From NCBI RefSeq assembly GCF_006345805.1, contig NC_043003.1, positions 72,044,001-72,108,000 on the forward strand: 64,000 nucleotides of DNA. Direction: 5' to 3'. The first letter of the stretch is position 1. Every line of letters begins with the position of its first letter. A program made the translations under genes and the position numbers. The notes beneath the pieces were generated by a model. The model worked only from the letters and a program-made list of their open reading frames with translations. It did no database searches and was not told where the DNA came from. This document shows, in pieces, positions 27,008 to 40,260 of this stretch. This DNA comes from Octopus sinensis. Lineage: Eukaryota.

Positions 27008-28111
27008 CAGAACCGGAAGTAATTCTACATTGCTAAACAGAGTTACTAGTCTTAGAATTACTGCTAAGGAAACGAATGCAAAAAGATACGCCTGAAAGTT
27101 TTGATCTCACGATGGAAAGTTCTGACTCAGCATATTTGGCTTATTTGGTCGGTATATCTATATCCTTTATTAGATGGCCGATTAATTCTCAAACATCAAT
27201 GGAGTTTTATATCGTGATGATTGCCTACTCTACCTTCAAAATGTTTCTAACCAAAATGGTTTAAAAATGGGTTGGTTAAATTTTTCCGAAACATGGGATT
27301 AAACATTATGATATAACTAAAGCCAATTTTTTGGATATTACCCTTAACTTATATAATGACTTATATTTCCCATACCGTAAACCCTGAACTTATTTAAAAT
27401 ATATTAGCTTTTTCAGTAATCATCCGTAGACTTTTACAAGGAACTTAGAAATATTTCACTTAGACTTTCTAAATTATCTGCTAATGTTGATATCTTTAAG
27501 GATATAGCCGAATTTCATAACTCTGCCTTACTTAAAGCAGGCTATAATGAAGAAATTTCCTATATTAACCCTACTGACATTAAATCTGCCTCTATTAATC
27601 AGGGCATGAAAACACATCATAACGGTAATAACAATATAAATTTTATTTCGGACAACAATAATAAATCGAACAAGGTAATTTTGCAGCGCAAGGGGGATAA
27701 CCGTTCTTTATATCCCTTTATACGTAATAAAAATAAGTCGAGGACTTTCAAAGATAATTACACTAATAACAAGGTGTGTTCTAGTAAAATAGTTTGGTTG
27801 ATCATTCCATTTGATGAGCAGATCAAATCCAACCAACCTTTTCAATTTCACGAAGCTATAGCTTCGCGAAAGAATTTTCCAAAACATTCCAGATACCATT
27901 CCATTATAAATTCAGACCGAATTAGGATAGGTTTTTCAAATCCAAATAAACGAAAATAATAACAGTGATATTATTTACGCTAACTATTCTTTGAACAATA
28001 ATAGTAACAATATTAATATTTCTGATGTGAATTCGAATCGTATTCGTTTCCTTAGCAGTCATTCCAAGACTAGAAACTCTGTTTATCAATATAAAATTAC
28101 TTCCGGTTCTG
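27008..28111 (+). mobile_element. Decayed Penelope RT fragment bracketed by 70-bp inverted repeats
   Basis: ANFLDITLNLYNDLYFPYRKP..YISFFSNHP and IVWLIIPFDEQIKSN..KNFPKHSRYHSIIN; inverted repeats at 27008-27077 and 28042-28111 (64/70 identical). Confidence 0.7.
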
Positions 28112-28213
28112 ATGTCTTTTATATGTATATATGTGTGTATGTGTACATACATACATACATACATACTATATAATCCTATACACACACACAACACACACAC
28201 ACACACACATATA

Positions 28214-28261
<48 letters not shown>

Positions 28262-28339
28262 TAGCTTAAGGTGATCCTCTCCTTACGCGCGGGTAAGAGT
28301 GTGGTTGTTACTTTCTGTTGCTTCCTTTCAACACTAGAA

Positions 28340-28619
28340 GCACCATCCGAACGTGGCCGATTGCTGCGCCGCCTTGACTGGCTTCTGTGCCGGTGGCACG
28401 TAAAAGCACCAACCGATCGTGGCCGCTGCTGCCGCCCCCCCTGGCACCTGTGCCGGTGGTACGAAAAAAACACCCCTACACTCACAGAGTGGTTGGCGTA
28501 GGAAGGGCATCCACCTGTAGAAACACTGCCAGATCAGACTGGAGCTGGTGCAGCCTCCTGGCTTCCTAGACCCCGGTCAAACTGTCCAACTCGTGCTAGC
28601 ACGGAAATTGACGTTTTAC

Positions 28620-28652
<33 letters not shown>
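28340..28652 (+). mobile_element. SINE-like repeat with RTE-type 3' tail and (GAT)n
   Basis: Internal TGTGCCGGTGG repeat, GTGGTTGGCGTAGGAAGGGCATCC core, 3' GTCCAACTCGTGCTAGCACGGAA..ACG(ATG)n; family assignment from memory. Confidence 0.6.
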
Positions 28653-29489
28653 ATTCTTCCCTCTTTGTTTCTCTCTCCTCTCTCTCTCTCTCACTTTCCC
28701 CTCTCACTCTCTTACTTTTCTTTTCTCTCGGACTCTCCCTCGCTTTCTCTTACTCTCTATCTTTATCTATCTCTCTCCCATTTATAAACAACAAAAGATC
28801 TTGAGTAAGTTGAGAAATAAAATATTTAGAAAGATCAATCATAAATATCAGGCAGTGGCAACGGAAAGGTCTGCTTCAAGGGAGACAGCAAAACACTAAC
28901 ATTTAAAAGGGACAGACGAACTTGCGAGCTGAATAAAATAATAAAATATTGGAAACCAAAGTTTGAGGGATAGAATCTGACGATAGTAGAGTCACCATGG
29001 CTGGCATTTTTTTAACCGGACGGACAGCAACGTATTGACAGTTTAACGGCTGGGCGTAAATTTTGAACTTGATGTAAAAGAAAATTCCTAAAACATCAAG
29101 TTTTGAAGTGATTCTTTCTCACGACAGTACTCAACATGGCAAGCATTCAAAACTTCATCATGGACGGCAACACATTGACGATTAAAGGCTGGCGCAAATG
29201 TTTTAGCTTGAATGTAACAGAGAATCCTCCTAAACACCCCCGCTCCTTAAATTTTAATCCCCTTCCAGCCCCATTTAAACCCCTTTTCCACATTTTGGTT
29301 AATATAACCCAATTTCATTCGGGTCTACCGGGGTCACATTTTATAAGATGAGGAATTTTGTCCTAGAGGTCACGGCTTTTCATTTGAGGAAAAAAATAGT
29401 TGTCATGCAAACTTTGCCAGCACTTTTACATAGGTGTGCATATTTTCAGCTCAACGACCAATATGCACACATTTATATATATATATATA

Positions 29490-29900
29490 AGGCAGGAGTG
29501 GCTGTGTGGTAAGTAGCTTGTCTACCAACCACATGGTTCCGGATTCAGTCCCACTGTGTGGCACCTTGCAAGTGTATTCTGCTCTTCTACTATAGCCTCG
29601 GGCCGACCAAGCCTTGAGAGTGGATTTGGAAGACGGAAACTGAAAAGCCCGTCGTATTATATGTATATATATATATGCGTGTGTGTGTTTGTGTGTCTGT
29701 GTTTGTCCCCTAGCATTGCTTGACAACCGATGCTGGTGTGTTTTATGTCCCCGTTACTTAGCGGTTCGGCAAAAAGAGACCGATAGAATAAGTACTGGGC
29801 TTACAAAGAATAAGTCCGGGGTCGAGTTGCTCGATTAAAAGCGGTGCTCCAGCATGGCCGCAGTCAAATGACTGGAACAAGTAAAAGAGAAAAAGAGAGT
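29490..29900 (+). mobile_element. Full-length tRNA-derived SINE (GGAGTGGCTGTGTGG family) with internal (TA)/(TG) microsatellite
   Basis: Head GGAGTGGCTGTGTGGTAAG, core TATAGCCTCGGGCCGACC, tail CAGCATGGCCGCAGTCAAATGACTGGAACAAGTAAAAGA; several related copies in the window. Confidence 0.88.
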
Positions 29901-29902
29901 AC

Positions 29903-29933
<31 letters not shown>

Positions 29934-30144
29934 CACGCATTATATATACAAATGTATACAAATTATATATATATATATATGTATAAATTAAATTAGAGAT
30001 AAAACCACTAATAGGCAAATCAAACAGTGAAAAACAAAAAAGCAAAAACATAAAAGTAAAAATATGATATACAAAATATCTAAAATATAAACTTGAAAAA
30101 TTTGAATTATTTAAATTTAAAATAAAAATTATTAATTTATATTT

Positions 30145-30409
30145 ATAATTTTTTTAAAATATATATAACTATCAAAAAGTATTAAAAAGTTTAATATACA
30201 TAAATACAGATATATACACTTTGTATATATAGATTATATATACATATTTATATATAGAACACACACACACACACACACGCACACACACACACGCACACAC
30301 ACACGCATATATAAATGAACCCAATAAATATCTGATTCATAATATTTGTTCTCATGATTGTGTGGTCGTGGTGGCGATGATAATTCTCTCTATGAATGCA
30401 GACAGACGT

Positions 30410-30440
<31 letters not shown>

Positions 30441-30740
30441 GAAAGCGCTGTGGAAGGCGTATAATTTTAAAATATATATATATATAACTATCAAAAAGTA
30501 TTAAAAAGTTTAATATACATAAATACAGAGAGAGAGAGAGAAATATCGCTGGCGAAAGAACGATAGTAGACGGTATCACATATTTATATATAGAACACAC
30601 ACACACACATATAAATGAACCCAATAAATACTGATTCATAATATTTGTTCTCATGATTGTGTGGTCGTGGTGGCGATGATAATTGTCTGTATGAATGCAG
30701 ACAGACGTGTAGAGAGAGAGTGTGTGAAAGCGCTGTAGAA
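30145..30740. repeat. Diverged tandem duplication, period about 300-320 bp
   Basis: Blocks ATAACTATCAAAAAGTATTAAAAAGTTTAATATACATAAATACAGA and AAATGAACCCAATAAATA..ATGAATGCAGACAGACGT each occur twice in the same order. Confidence 0.85.
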
Positions 30741-31049
30741 CGCCGTTTGACGAATCGACGTTATATATAGAAAGTAATGGGAAGGGAGGAAATAGAGTGA
30801 GTGAGTGAGGAAGACAGATACATAAAAGACTGAGAGTGGACTTGTCAAAGTGGGTTTTTGGCCCTAGCAACGACACCTTTTAAGATAGGGATTTCTAACG
30901 TAGCCCACGGGCATCGTCACCTCATTTTACATGTCCCTGTAAACTTTGGAGTCAATCCGACGGGATGTAGTGGCCTTGAAAGCGGTCCAAGCGGTCGAGT
31001 CAAACACCAAACAAAATTTTCGCATTTCAGTTTTATAAATATATCTATA

Positions 31050-31089
<40 letters not shown>

Positions 31090-31093
<4 letters not shown>

Positions 31094-31362
31094 CGGTTTG
31101 TTGCCAACTTAATGTGACAGTCCCAGGAAAGGGAAGAATGTTACTGCTTTTACTCCGTTTCTAGTTGGCAACGTGACACAAGTGTTCTGTGTCCTTAAGT
31201 TTTCAAACAGGGGAGATGTTTAAAAACTCTCCTGTTTGAAAACTTAAGGAGACACAACGTTTGTCACGCAGCCAATTAGAAACGGTGTGTCTTGGGGCTA
31301 AATTGCAGTAGCATTCTTCCCTTTCCTGGAACTGCTGCACTAAGTTGGCAATAAACCATCAC
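31090..31362. mobile_element. Fold-back/MITE-like palindromic element
   Basis: Ends GTGACGGTTTGTTGCCAACTTA / TAAGTTGGCAATAAACCATCAC; inner CCTTAAGTTTTCAAACAGG / CCTGTTTGAAAACTTAAGG; imperfect arms with an indel; no clear TSD. Confidence 0.7.
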
Positions 31363-32346
31363 TTTATCGTGTTGCTACTGCATAAAATTCTCTGCGAGAT
31401 TTAGAGATGTTACTATTTCTAATTATATATATATATATATATATACACCTAGACATACACACACGCACACGTCAAGGCCACCAGCCATCTTCCTCACGCA
31501 TATACATACTCTCTTCCACACACGCGCACCTTCGTTTTGGGGATCACCTTTACTTTGTTATCTCCCCTACTTCTTCGCTCTCCTGTGTGACCCTTCTGTC
31601 CGACATTCACCATGATAGATCGGTAGCCACTACACACATTTTTTTCACTCCTTGTTTCTCTCCTTGTTTCTTTCTGTGTTCCTTTCTGTGGAAGAGTGTA
31701 GGCTCGAAACGTTAAAGACTCTTTCAATTCCTGAGCGATATACTAATACATCTGTTTGTTTTCTACACCATCTGTCTTCGTCTTTTGTTTTTTTGTGATT
31801 TCTCCCCCTATATATATACCTATATGTACATACATATATACATGTGGATATAGATATGCATATATGGGTACAGGACGTATGAAAACGTAAACAGCATGAA
31901 ATACAAAAATAAAGTTGAGTACGTGAACAACGAGAGAATCAAATAGAAAACTAGACAAGTAACTTAAGCAATGATCCTTCATCAGTTATCGGCTGCCCTT
32001 CTACTCCTTATTTCGAGCATTGAACGACAATATAAGACTTTGAAGGCAGTTGCTCCCGCGAAGTGTCAAAGTTGGTAGCAAAAACAGGACGGTGGAGACA
32101 TACAAGGAAACCGAACGAAAACAAAGATGGAGGGTCGATAGACCAGACAAGGTATAATAGTAAACGCTGGAGAAATATTGATAGGAGAGGAGATAGGTAG
32201 AAATAGGTGCAGTCTGTACGACAGCACTGAAACATGATTATATGGGGAAAATAAATTTATGTATGCATGCATGCATACATACATACATGCATACATATAT
32301 ACATACATACATACATACATACATACATACATACATACATACATCA

Positions 32347-32411
<65 letters not shown>

Positions 32412-32620
32412 GCACACAAACACGTGTGAACACTCATATTCGTGAATGTTTTTTGTGTATGTATACATAAGTATATCAAGAAAGAGAAACAAGAGGGAGG
32501 GAGAGAAAGAAAGCAAGTGTGAGAGGGAAGTATAACATGCTGGAAAATTAGTATATAAACATTAATGCATATACATATGGATACATTCTCAGTATATTTG
32601 CTTATGTATGTATATTTGTA

Positions 32621-32688
<68 letters not shown>

Positions 32689-33253
32689 AAGTGATACACA
32701 CACATGCATATATATGTGAGTGTCTATATATGTATGTATGTAAACATGCATGCATGTATGTATGTAAATATGTATATAAATATGTATGTATGTATGTACA
32801 TGTGTGAGTATACAGAGGACAACTCCCTTCCGAGGAAACATTTTTCTTAACCGCAAATCTAAAGGCAATTCACAAGTCTTTTAACCTCTTAAGAAATTGT
32901 ATCACCACAGCTGTTGTAGCTATTGTCACTGCTGCTGCTGTATTATTATTATTATTGTAGTAGGTTTTATCCTTTTTTACTTTTGCCATCGTCGTCGACG
33001 TCATCATTTTTGAAGTAATATTTCCTATGCATTATAACAAACAAGTGTTTTACTGTGCGTGGTCGTCTGAAACCCAAGAAACCTTGTGGCTGATATGTTT
33101 CTGTTTTTGTTTTTCTAAATTTAAAATTCCCTATTAATATTATATTTATAAACTTTGTCTTTTAGTATCTCGTATAATGTAATTCTATATGGACCACGTC
33201 AATTTTATATATAGAATTGTAATTATTGTAGAATACATACATACATACACATA

Positions 33254-33300
<47 letters not shown>

Positions 33301-33384
33301 TATTATTATTATTAGAGAATATTACTTCCAAGTACACAGGAAAAAACATTTAAAATTAGATGTACTAAAATGAACATCTCTCAA

Positions 33385-33641
33385 TCTTTTTACTCTTTTA
33401 CTTGTTTCAGTCATTTGACTGATTGTGGAGCACCGCCTTGAAGGGTTTTATAGTCGGCCCTAGGACTTATTCGTATATATATAAAAGTAATTTTAGAGAC
33501 AGTTTTGATTGAGTTGAAGGTGGTTCTATCTCTAAAATTACTTTTATATATATGAATAAGTCCTAGGGCCGACTATAAAACCCTTCAAGGTGGTGCTCCA
33601 CAATCAGTCAAATGACTGAAACAAGTAAAAGAGTAAAAAGA
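33385..33641. repeat. Inverted duplication of a SINE 3' tail plus flank, 29-bp spacer
   Basis: Arms 33385-33499 and 33529-33641 are near-perfect reverse complements. Confidence 0.92.
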
Positions 33642-34966
33642 TGTATGTGTGTATATAATATATATATATGTGTGTGTGTGTGTATGCATAGCCACTTATC
33701 CAGTGTGTTTGCTGGCATGAATTGGTCCCTCCTTACTATATACGACATGCATTCGTGCAACAAAGTTCTTACAGTTCACTCTGACACCAGAAATTCTTTA
33801 GCATTGGACCTTATTGATTTTCCTGGATACTCATCGACAATGTTTGAACCCATTAGATAAACTGTAAAGTCCTTATAGCATTCAAACTTCTAGAGCGCTT
33901 TCCTTTTTTGATACAGTTGAAGCATTCCCGTCAGAGGCATCCATTTCCGTCCGAGCTTTGTGTAGAAAAAGTCTTGCAGCATTTAAAAAAGTTGACTATT
34001 TCTAAACCACTTTGTTCCGCACATATAGCAACTATGACTGCATGCCTTTTCATTATTGTGTTACCATTTTATTCGCCATTGGGGATCTGAAAGAAATAAA
34101 GCCTTTTAATTGATTTGAAGAGAGTAATATTATACCAGTAATTAAATGCCCTCAAATATCCCACGCAGTCTTTACTTAACGGCAACCATATTTTGACAGC
34201 GCGCTTTTTATTCATTTTTGTTTTTCAGCTTTTTTATTCTGTGAAAGATTAGCAGCGGTCATGTCCTTTGCAAATTATTTTACAATGATAAGTTCGATAT
34301 GATTGATAATAAGTATGTAAATTGGTGTGGTTGGGAGGCTTCGAGAGAAGTGAGTATAAAGAGAACCGTTAGTATTCTCTTTAAAGTTTGGATGAGCCTA
34401 ATTTTTAGAGTGGAGTTGGGTGGATATATGGATAATGAGAGAAAGGAAAGAAGAGAAGATGAGACAGAGTAGAGAGGATGAAATGAAGGAAAGGAGTGTA
34501 TATTGTTATGGTAGTGGTAGGGAGAGGAAGTGAAAGGAAGAAGAGACTGTGCACAAGTATGCTGCTATTGGTTATAAGGTGTTATTGACTGGAAAGTTTA
34601 TCAATCAGTTTTATGGCTGTTTTTTAAAGTGTAAATAATAAAGGAGCACTAAGTTTGGTCTGTGATATTTAAGGCATAAAAGTAGAGTCTATCTAGCTCT
34701 ATGAGGGGAGAACAAGCTGCTATCTCAGCTGTTGTGATTTGGAATTGATGAATAGTGAATTAGATTGCAGTGTCGAATTCAACTCCTACGATAAATTTGC
34801 GTATAGAGGCAAGTTCTGTTTAATGCTGGTGTGTATGGCCTTGTAGCTTAGGAGACGATTAATTTTCTTGCCTCGAAGAAAAAGAGAAAACGTCATTCAT
34901 ATGACAAGCTAACGAAGTGACAATATTGAAATAGCAACTAAATCTTTCTTATATGACGCCCTAAAG

Positions 34967-35050
34967 CAGGGCTTCTGAACGGGAGTGCATATGCACCCCT
35001 GGGGGTGCACAGGAAAATCTGGGGTGCAAGAAACATTTTTGGGATGAAAA
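34967..35050. mobile_element. Possible hAT (Charlie-like) terminal remnant
   Basis: CAGGGCTTCTGAAC followed by GTGCATATGCACCCCTGGGGGTGCAC resembles Charlie-type ends; partner end not found with confidence. Confidence 0.3.
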
Positions 35051-35673
35051 GTATTTTTCTCATTTTTGTTAATTTACTAATTGATCAGCCGTCAGCTCAC
35101 TGGAGTTTTGCATGAAGCGTAGACAACAAAGTTCACGCAGTGCGTGCGTTTTGGCACGCAAGTACGTACGTATTAACCACAATTATGGTTGTTCGTTGAG
35201 CACGCACCCCTCGCATCGATCAATGATATTTCAGGCTTGCTCAGGCGTCTCATGGATGTGTAATGTACGCGCAAGATATACGCGAGACATCTCACGCGTA
35301 CGTTAAGCGTGCACCTCTATATAGTTTGGCATAGCTACTGCGCCGATCATTGCTGTCAGAGATAATTCGCTAGAAATTCACGTCATATCAACAAACTTTT
35401 CGGACCACGCTTTTATCGGTAATGTTTTTGTTGATACTTTATGCATTTTAGTTGTTCACTTATTATCCTTATTGTCATATTTACTCCTCAAATTAAATTT
35501 ATTGACATCAAGAGCCAAAAAATGCGATGGGTTAAGGGTTGTGATTGATCAGAGAATAGGCAATCCAGTTACTTATCAAATAACATCCGAAATAAAAGAT
35601 AACATTTCATTTATCATCATAATATCGGTACTTAAATACTTTATATATTTTGTTCCCCGAATTCTGACCAACA

Positions 35674-35970
35674 GTTCCTTCTCAAGCCATGCCTGGCTCA
35701 TAAGGGCCGGTTTCCCAGTTTCATTGGCGTATAGGTTCCCCAGTTGGACGGGACGCCGGTCCGTCGCAGGTGAGCTGTTAGATGCAGGAGGAAAGAGTGA
35801 GAGAAAGTTGTGGCGAAAGAGTCAGCAGAAGTTCGCCATTATCTTCTGCCAGAGCCGTGTGGAGCTTAGGCGTTTCGCTCGTAAACATACACATCACCCG
35901 GTCTGAGATTCGAACCCGCGATCCCTCGACCGCTAGTCCGCTGCTCTAACCACTAGGTCATGTGCCACCA
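35674..35970 (-). mobile_element. tRNA-derived SINE (GGTGGCACATGACCTAGTGG family)
   Basis: Minus strand A-box TAGTGGTTAGAGC, B-box GGTTCGAATC, about 300-bp body. Confidence 0.8.
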
Positions 35971-36023
35971 CTGACCAACACTTAATTATTACTGATCTTC
36001 AATGCGTGCTGCCATGCAACCAG

Positions 36024-36364
36024 TAGTAAAGATCCCCTTCGGTCATGAATGACCATGGGATTGCACCTAGAAAGTTATCCTCCTAGACAGAAGTCCGGGC
36101 AAGGTTGTTTATGGAAGACCAGCAGTCGCCCATGCATACCATCCTCCCCTCTCCATGCCACCAGTGTCATCCAAGGGAAAGGCAAAGACCGATGCAGCTT
36201 GACACCTGTGACGTCGCAACTCATTTCTACAGCTGAGTGAACTGGAGCAACGTGAAATAAAGTGCCTTGCTCAAGAACACAACACGCAGCCCGGTCCAGG
36301 ATTCGAGCTCACAACCTCACGATCGTAAGCTCGACGCTCTAACCACTGAGCCATGCGCCTTCAC
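36024..36364 (-). mobile_element. Full-length tRNA-derived SINE (GGCGCATGGCTCAGTGG family)
   Basis: A/B boxes, TTGAGCAAGGCACTT core, 3' GACCGAAGGGGATCTTTAC end; head matches 6722-6850. Confidence 0.85.
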
Positions 36365-36830
36365 TGTAGTATCTGAGGGTGAATATCCTTTTTCATAGCT
36401 ATGTTTTGGGGGTCATCAAAACTTTGAAAGTCTTCGTGGGTGTATCCTGACTTCTTGCAATGTTTACTCGATTCAATTCGCAGGAAGTGAAATAATTCAG
36501 CTATTTTTACGAAAGAAATTAAGATATTTTAGAATTTAAGATCACTATATTGTAGTTTATATTGTTAAAGCCTTTCTTAATAATATATTTATATTTATAT
36601 TCAGCATTTCCTATTTCCTTGAATGACAATTAGAGATGAGAGCAGAAACACTTAAAGCAGCTGCTGTTTTTATATTTGTCTGTACATCAGCTGCAACTTG
36701 AGCATAGCATCTACAAAATAGACTCTTAATAGCAGATGTTCTGCGTGTGTATGTATGTGTGTGTGTACACGCGCGCGAGTACGTGTGTACATACTCCTAT
36801 ATGTACAGACATAAACACACACACACACAA

Positions 36831-36874
<44 letters not shown>

Positions 36875-37349
36875 TTATAAAATACATGTGGTTAGGTTAA
36901 CTTTGTATAGTGATTAAAGAAAACATTTACGGAAGGAAGGACTCAGTACATTGAAATGTGGATTAAAGTTTTTTTTTCTTTTTTGCATGCGTATATAAAT
37001 GTTTTTTATGAGAATGCATGCGTATATGTGTTCAGAACTTCTCTATTTGAAATAGATAATATCTCGTTATAAGCAACTGAATCAAAATCTCATAAAAAAT
37101 AATCATGTGTGTATTATACTCAATGCAAATACATAAAGAAAAGACAAATTAACTGCAGAAATTGTCTGTTATGAACATATGGTGTTGAAAATACAACTAT
37201 AATAGTAGTAGAATAAAATCGTACAGCAGCGATGGTGAGAATGTTAGATGTGCATTGTTTTTTTTTTCGCTCGGATTTGTCAGTAGCATGAAATCACTGT
37301 TCAAAATGAATACATTAATACTGGCTTCAAATTTTAGCACAAGATCAGC

Positions 37350-37496
37350 AAGTTCAACTAATACGTATTTTATCGACCCTAAAATATGAAAGGCCAAGTT
37401 GACCCCGGCGGCAATTGAACACAGAACGTAAAGACGAACGAAATACCGCTAAGCATTTTACCCGGCGTGCTAACGATTCTGAAAGTACGCCGCTTT
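37350..37496 (-). mobile_element. SINE copy (GGCGAGCTGGCAGAA family)
   Basis: Reverse complement of GAATCGTTAGCACGCCGGG..AATGCTTAGCGGTATTTCG..GGGTCGATAAAATA. Confidence 0.8.
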
Positions 37497-38999
37497 AATG
37501 AATACACCAATATTGTTGTTAGTTCTCATAGTTTTTATTAACTTCGAACATTTATATTTAAATATACACAACAGTTGAATAAAGAGGACAACTTTCTAAG
37601 GATATTGAAAAGAATAAGTACAAGTTTTTTCACTGTACGATATGCTAGATAGTAATGCAAAGAGTTCATTACTAATAAGAACAAATTAAGCGGGAAGAAT
37701 GAGAACGTCTCGCCACAAAGCTGGCTGACATGGCTTCGAGTAGTAGCTGGTACCGTTCTTGGCAGAATGATAAGTGAAAACACCTACTATGGAACTGAGT
37801 GACATAGTTCTATGTAAACCACAGATGTTCTATAAGGAAACTCAAACAATATTTACAAGGCTCCGTGTGAACTTCTGGATGGATCTGTTTGAGGTCCGAT
37901 TCATCAACTATTATAATGCAAAACGAAGTTTCTAGAATGTTTGACCAAACTATTTGGCGAAGAAAATTTACGCATTTCCTTTGAAGTTTATCGCGTCAAC
38001 TGTTACAAGTCAACCAATACAAATTGGTTAAATCATGTTCACAGAGGCGTCTCTACCTTATTTAGAAATATCTTTATGCAGAGGTTCTGACCTTGAATTC
38101 TGAGAGAGATGATTTCGAATCTCGGTTGAAGTCTTGTAACAGTTTTTATTTTATTTAGACACAAGGCCAGCAAATTAGAGAAGAGATGGTTAGACGATAC
38201 AATAAGTCCTAGTACTTGACTAGGGTTTATTTTATTGACCCCCAGGAAGATGAAAGGCAAAAATGAGAATTAATATCAGAATGTAAAGAGAGGGAAAATA
38301 TATCATTGGTTAATCCATCTGACTTTCTAAAGATTCTTCTAACCCACCACACTTATGATGAGGATATTGATATTTTCTTTATCAAGTGGTCAAGAGATAA
38401 AATAAGACAATGGACTCTAAAGAACAAGGGGTTTACAATACATCTGGGCTGGACCAACAGAGTTGTAATAAGGAAACAGAGGAAAATGCGAGAAGGTAGT
38501 AGAAGTCATGGATTAAATATTTAATGAAACATGAAATAAGTATAAAATATAAAACTTGTAAATTAAATTAAGTTGTATTTTTTTAAATGTAAAATTGTTA
38601 CACGCCCTCACACATATGAGAGCCCACTGACTAGGTTCGGTCGGAATATCCAGCCACTCAGGTCTTCTGTCGTTCAACGAGTTCTGGTGCAAACAAAATG
38701 AGTGTGTTAGCATGTTTTTGTATGGGATTTTAGGAATATCCCAAAGTGTTCGAGTTCCCTTTCATTTACTTATAAACTTATATAAGGTACGTTACTAACA
38801 CTGACATTTTCACTTTCAAAAGAGTATTCCGAAAATAGTTCGCATAGAATTTGAAGGATGCTTTGATATATGTCTACTGGGGTTTCGTAAACCTGTCTCT
38901 CTACTTACTGTAAAACCGCTTTTTATTGAAATTCACTTACTTGTTAGATTTCTTTCTTTATTTATTTTTACATTCTTTGTGATGTTTTCTCTTCTTGGT

Positions 39000-39400
39000 C
39001 CTCCTGCACCTACTCTTGATCATGATAAGACGATGGAGCGGTGTTGTTGCTTGCTTCGTTTGAAGGGTAGATTCTTTACACTTGTTTCTAGAAACCTTTT
39101 TTCGATATTTCCGAAGTTGTGACTAATGGCACTGTGAAACTGGGGCTGGCTGGTCTTGTTTCTGCCACTGCTTTTCTTTCTTTTCTTCTCGGCTTCTGAA
39201 GATTTTGACGTTCTTCGGGATAAGAATCTATTAAGTGACTTTTACTACCGCATGTATAACAACTAGGTCTTACGCTATGTACCTTAGTCTCGTATTGTTT
39301 ATCTCCCCACTTTCAACTGGGCAAAGATGTGGTATGCTCTTTATGTTTCCAGGGCTCTTTGGAACTTAAAAGCTCATCCTGACCTCTCCAGATCACATAT
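39000..39400 (-). mobile_element. Decayed Tx1/L1-type ORF1 fragment with zinc knuckle
   Basis: VRPSCYTCGSKSHLIDSYP = CX2CX4HX4(C>Y), followed by a charged low-complexity stretch. Confidence 0.45.
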
Positions 39401-39599
39401 TCTCTCAGCACATTCGCGCTAATCTACACTACTAAAATACTTGGTGATATCAAGAAAGGAAAAAGCAGAGATTTGTTAAAACGCAGAAAACGCCATCTGT
39501 TCTGCAATTTTGGATTTGAAAACTTTATAAATAATGAGGAAATACTTATCTGCGACTAGGAATATTAAAAGCGTTAATAAAATTTCGAAAGATTCCGAG

Positions 39600-40260
39600 A
39601 GCAACAAAGCAAAAAGCTAGAAAGAACTATTTAGCAATTCATGTGGCTAAAGTGGCATGGAAGTGAAGAAAGTGTAGCTGAGAGATGGAAGCCTTAAGCA
39701 AGAAACTGAATTGCTAATTATTGCTACTCAAGAACAAACCATAAGAACAAATTTGTTAAAAACAATGTATGGAAATGAAAAATGTATGTAAAAGAAAAAT
39801 ATTTACCGTGCTGTCAGTGCAGTAAGATAGCACAAAAAGTGAATGTGCTAGTAAAAGAATGTGTTAGTGAAAAAATGCGTTAGTAAAAGATAGTATTTGG
39901 TTGTTAGCCAAGCTTGTGAGTTCGAAGGGACGAAAAATTGGCATGATCACTGCCAGAGGCTATGGTATACGATACAGGATTTTATGGGCTTTCTCCATAG
40001 AGACTGATCACAATATTGAGTCAGACTAAATATGATAGTAGAATGCAGAACGAATAAACATTGTCAGATCATAGATTTTTTTCCATCTCATAATGATAGT
40101 AGAAAATGACAAAATTGAGAACTATCAGGGCTAGCCAGAGAGTTGAAGAGACTATGGAACATAATCGTAAAGATTGTTCTTGGGGAAATTGGTCCACTCG
40201 GAAAGTGCTATCATGTATTCTGCAAAAGTCCTCAAAACGATTCTTATGATTTGAGGAGAC
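39600..40260 (+). mobile_element. Second decayed R4/Dong-like REL LINE fragment
   Basis: DGSLKQETELLIIATQEQTIRTN, FSIETDHNIE and YQGLARELKRLWNIIVKIVLGEIG motifs. Confidence 0.7.

Noticed and set aside
31960-32030. Minus-strand CGAAAT...CTGATGAAGG suggesting a type II hammerhead
   Set aside because: Could not form stems I and III or find a cleavage triplet.
35900-35970. tRNA-like sequences with A and B boxes (also 6722-6790 and 36290-36364)
   Set aside because: No acceptor stem closure; each continues into a SINE body, so these are SINE heads, not tRNA genes.
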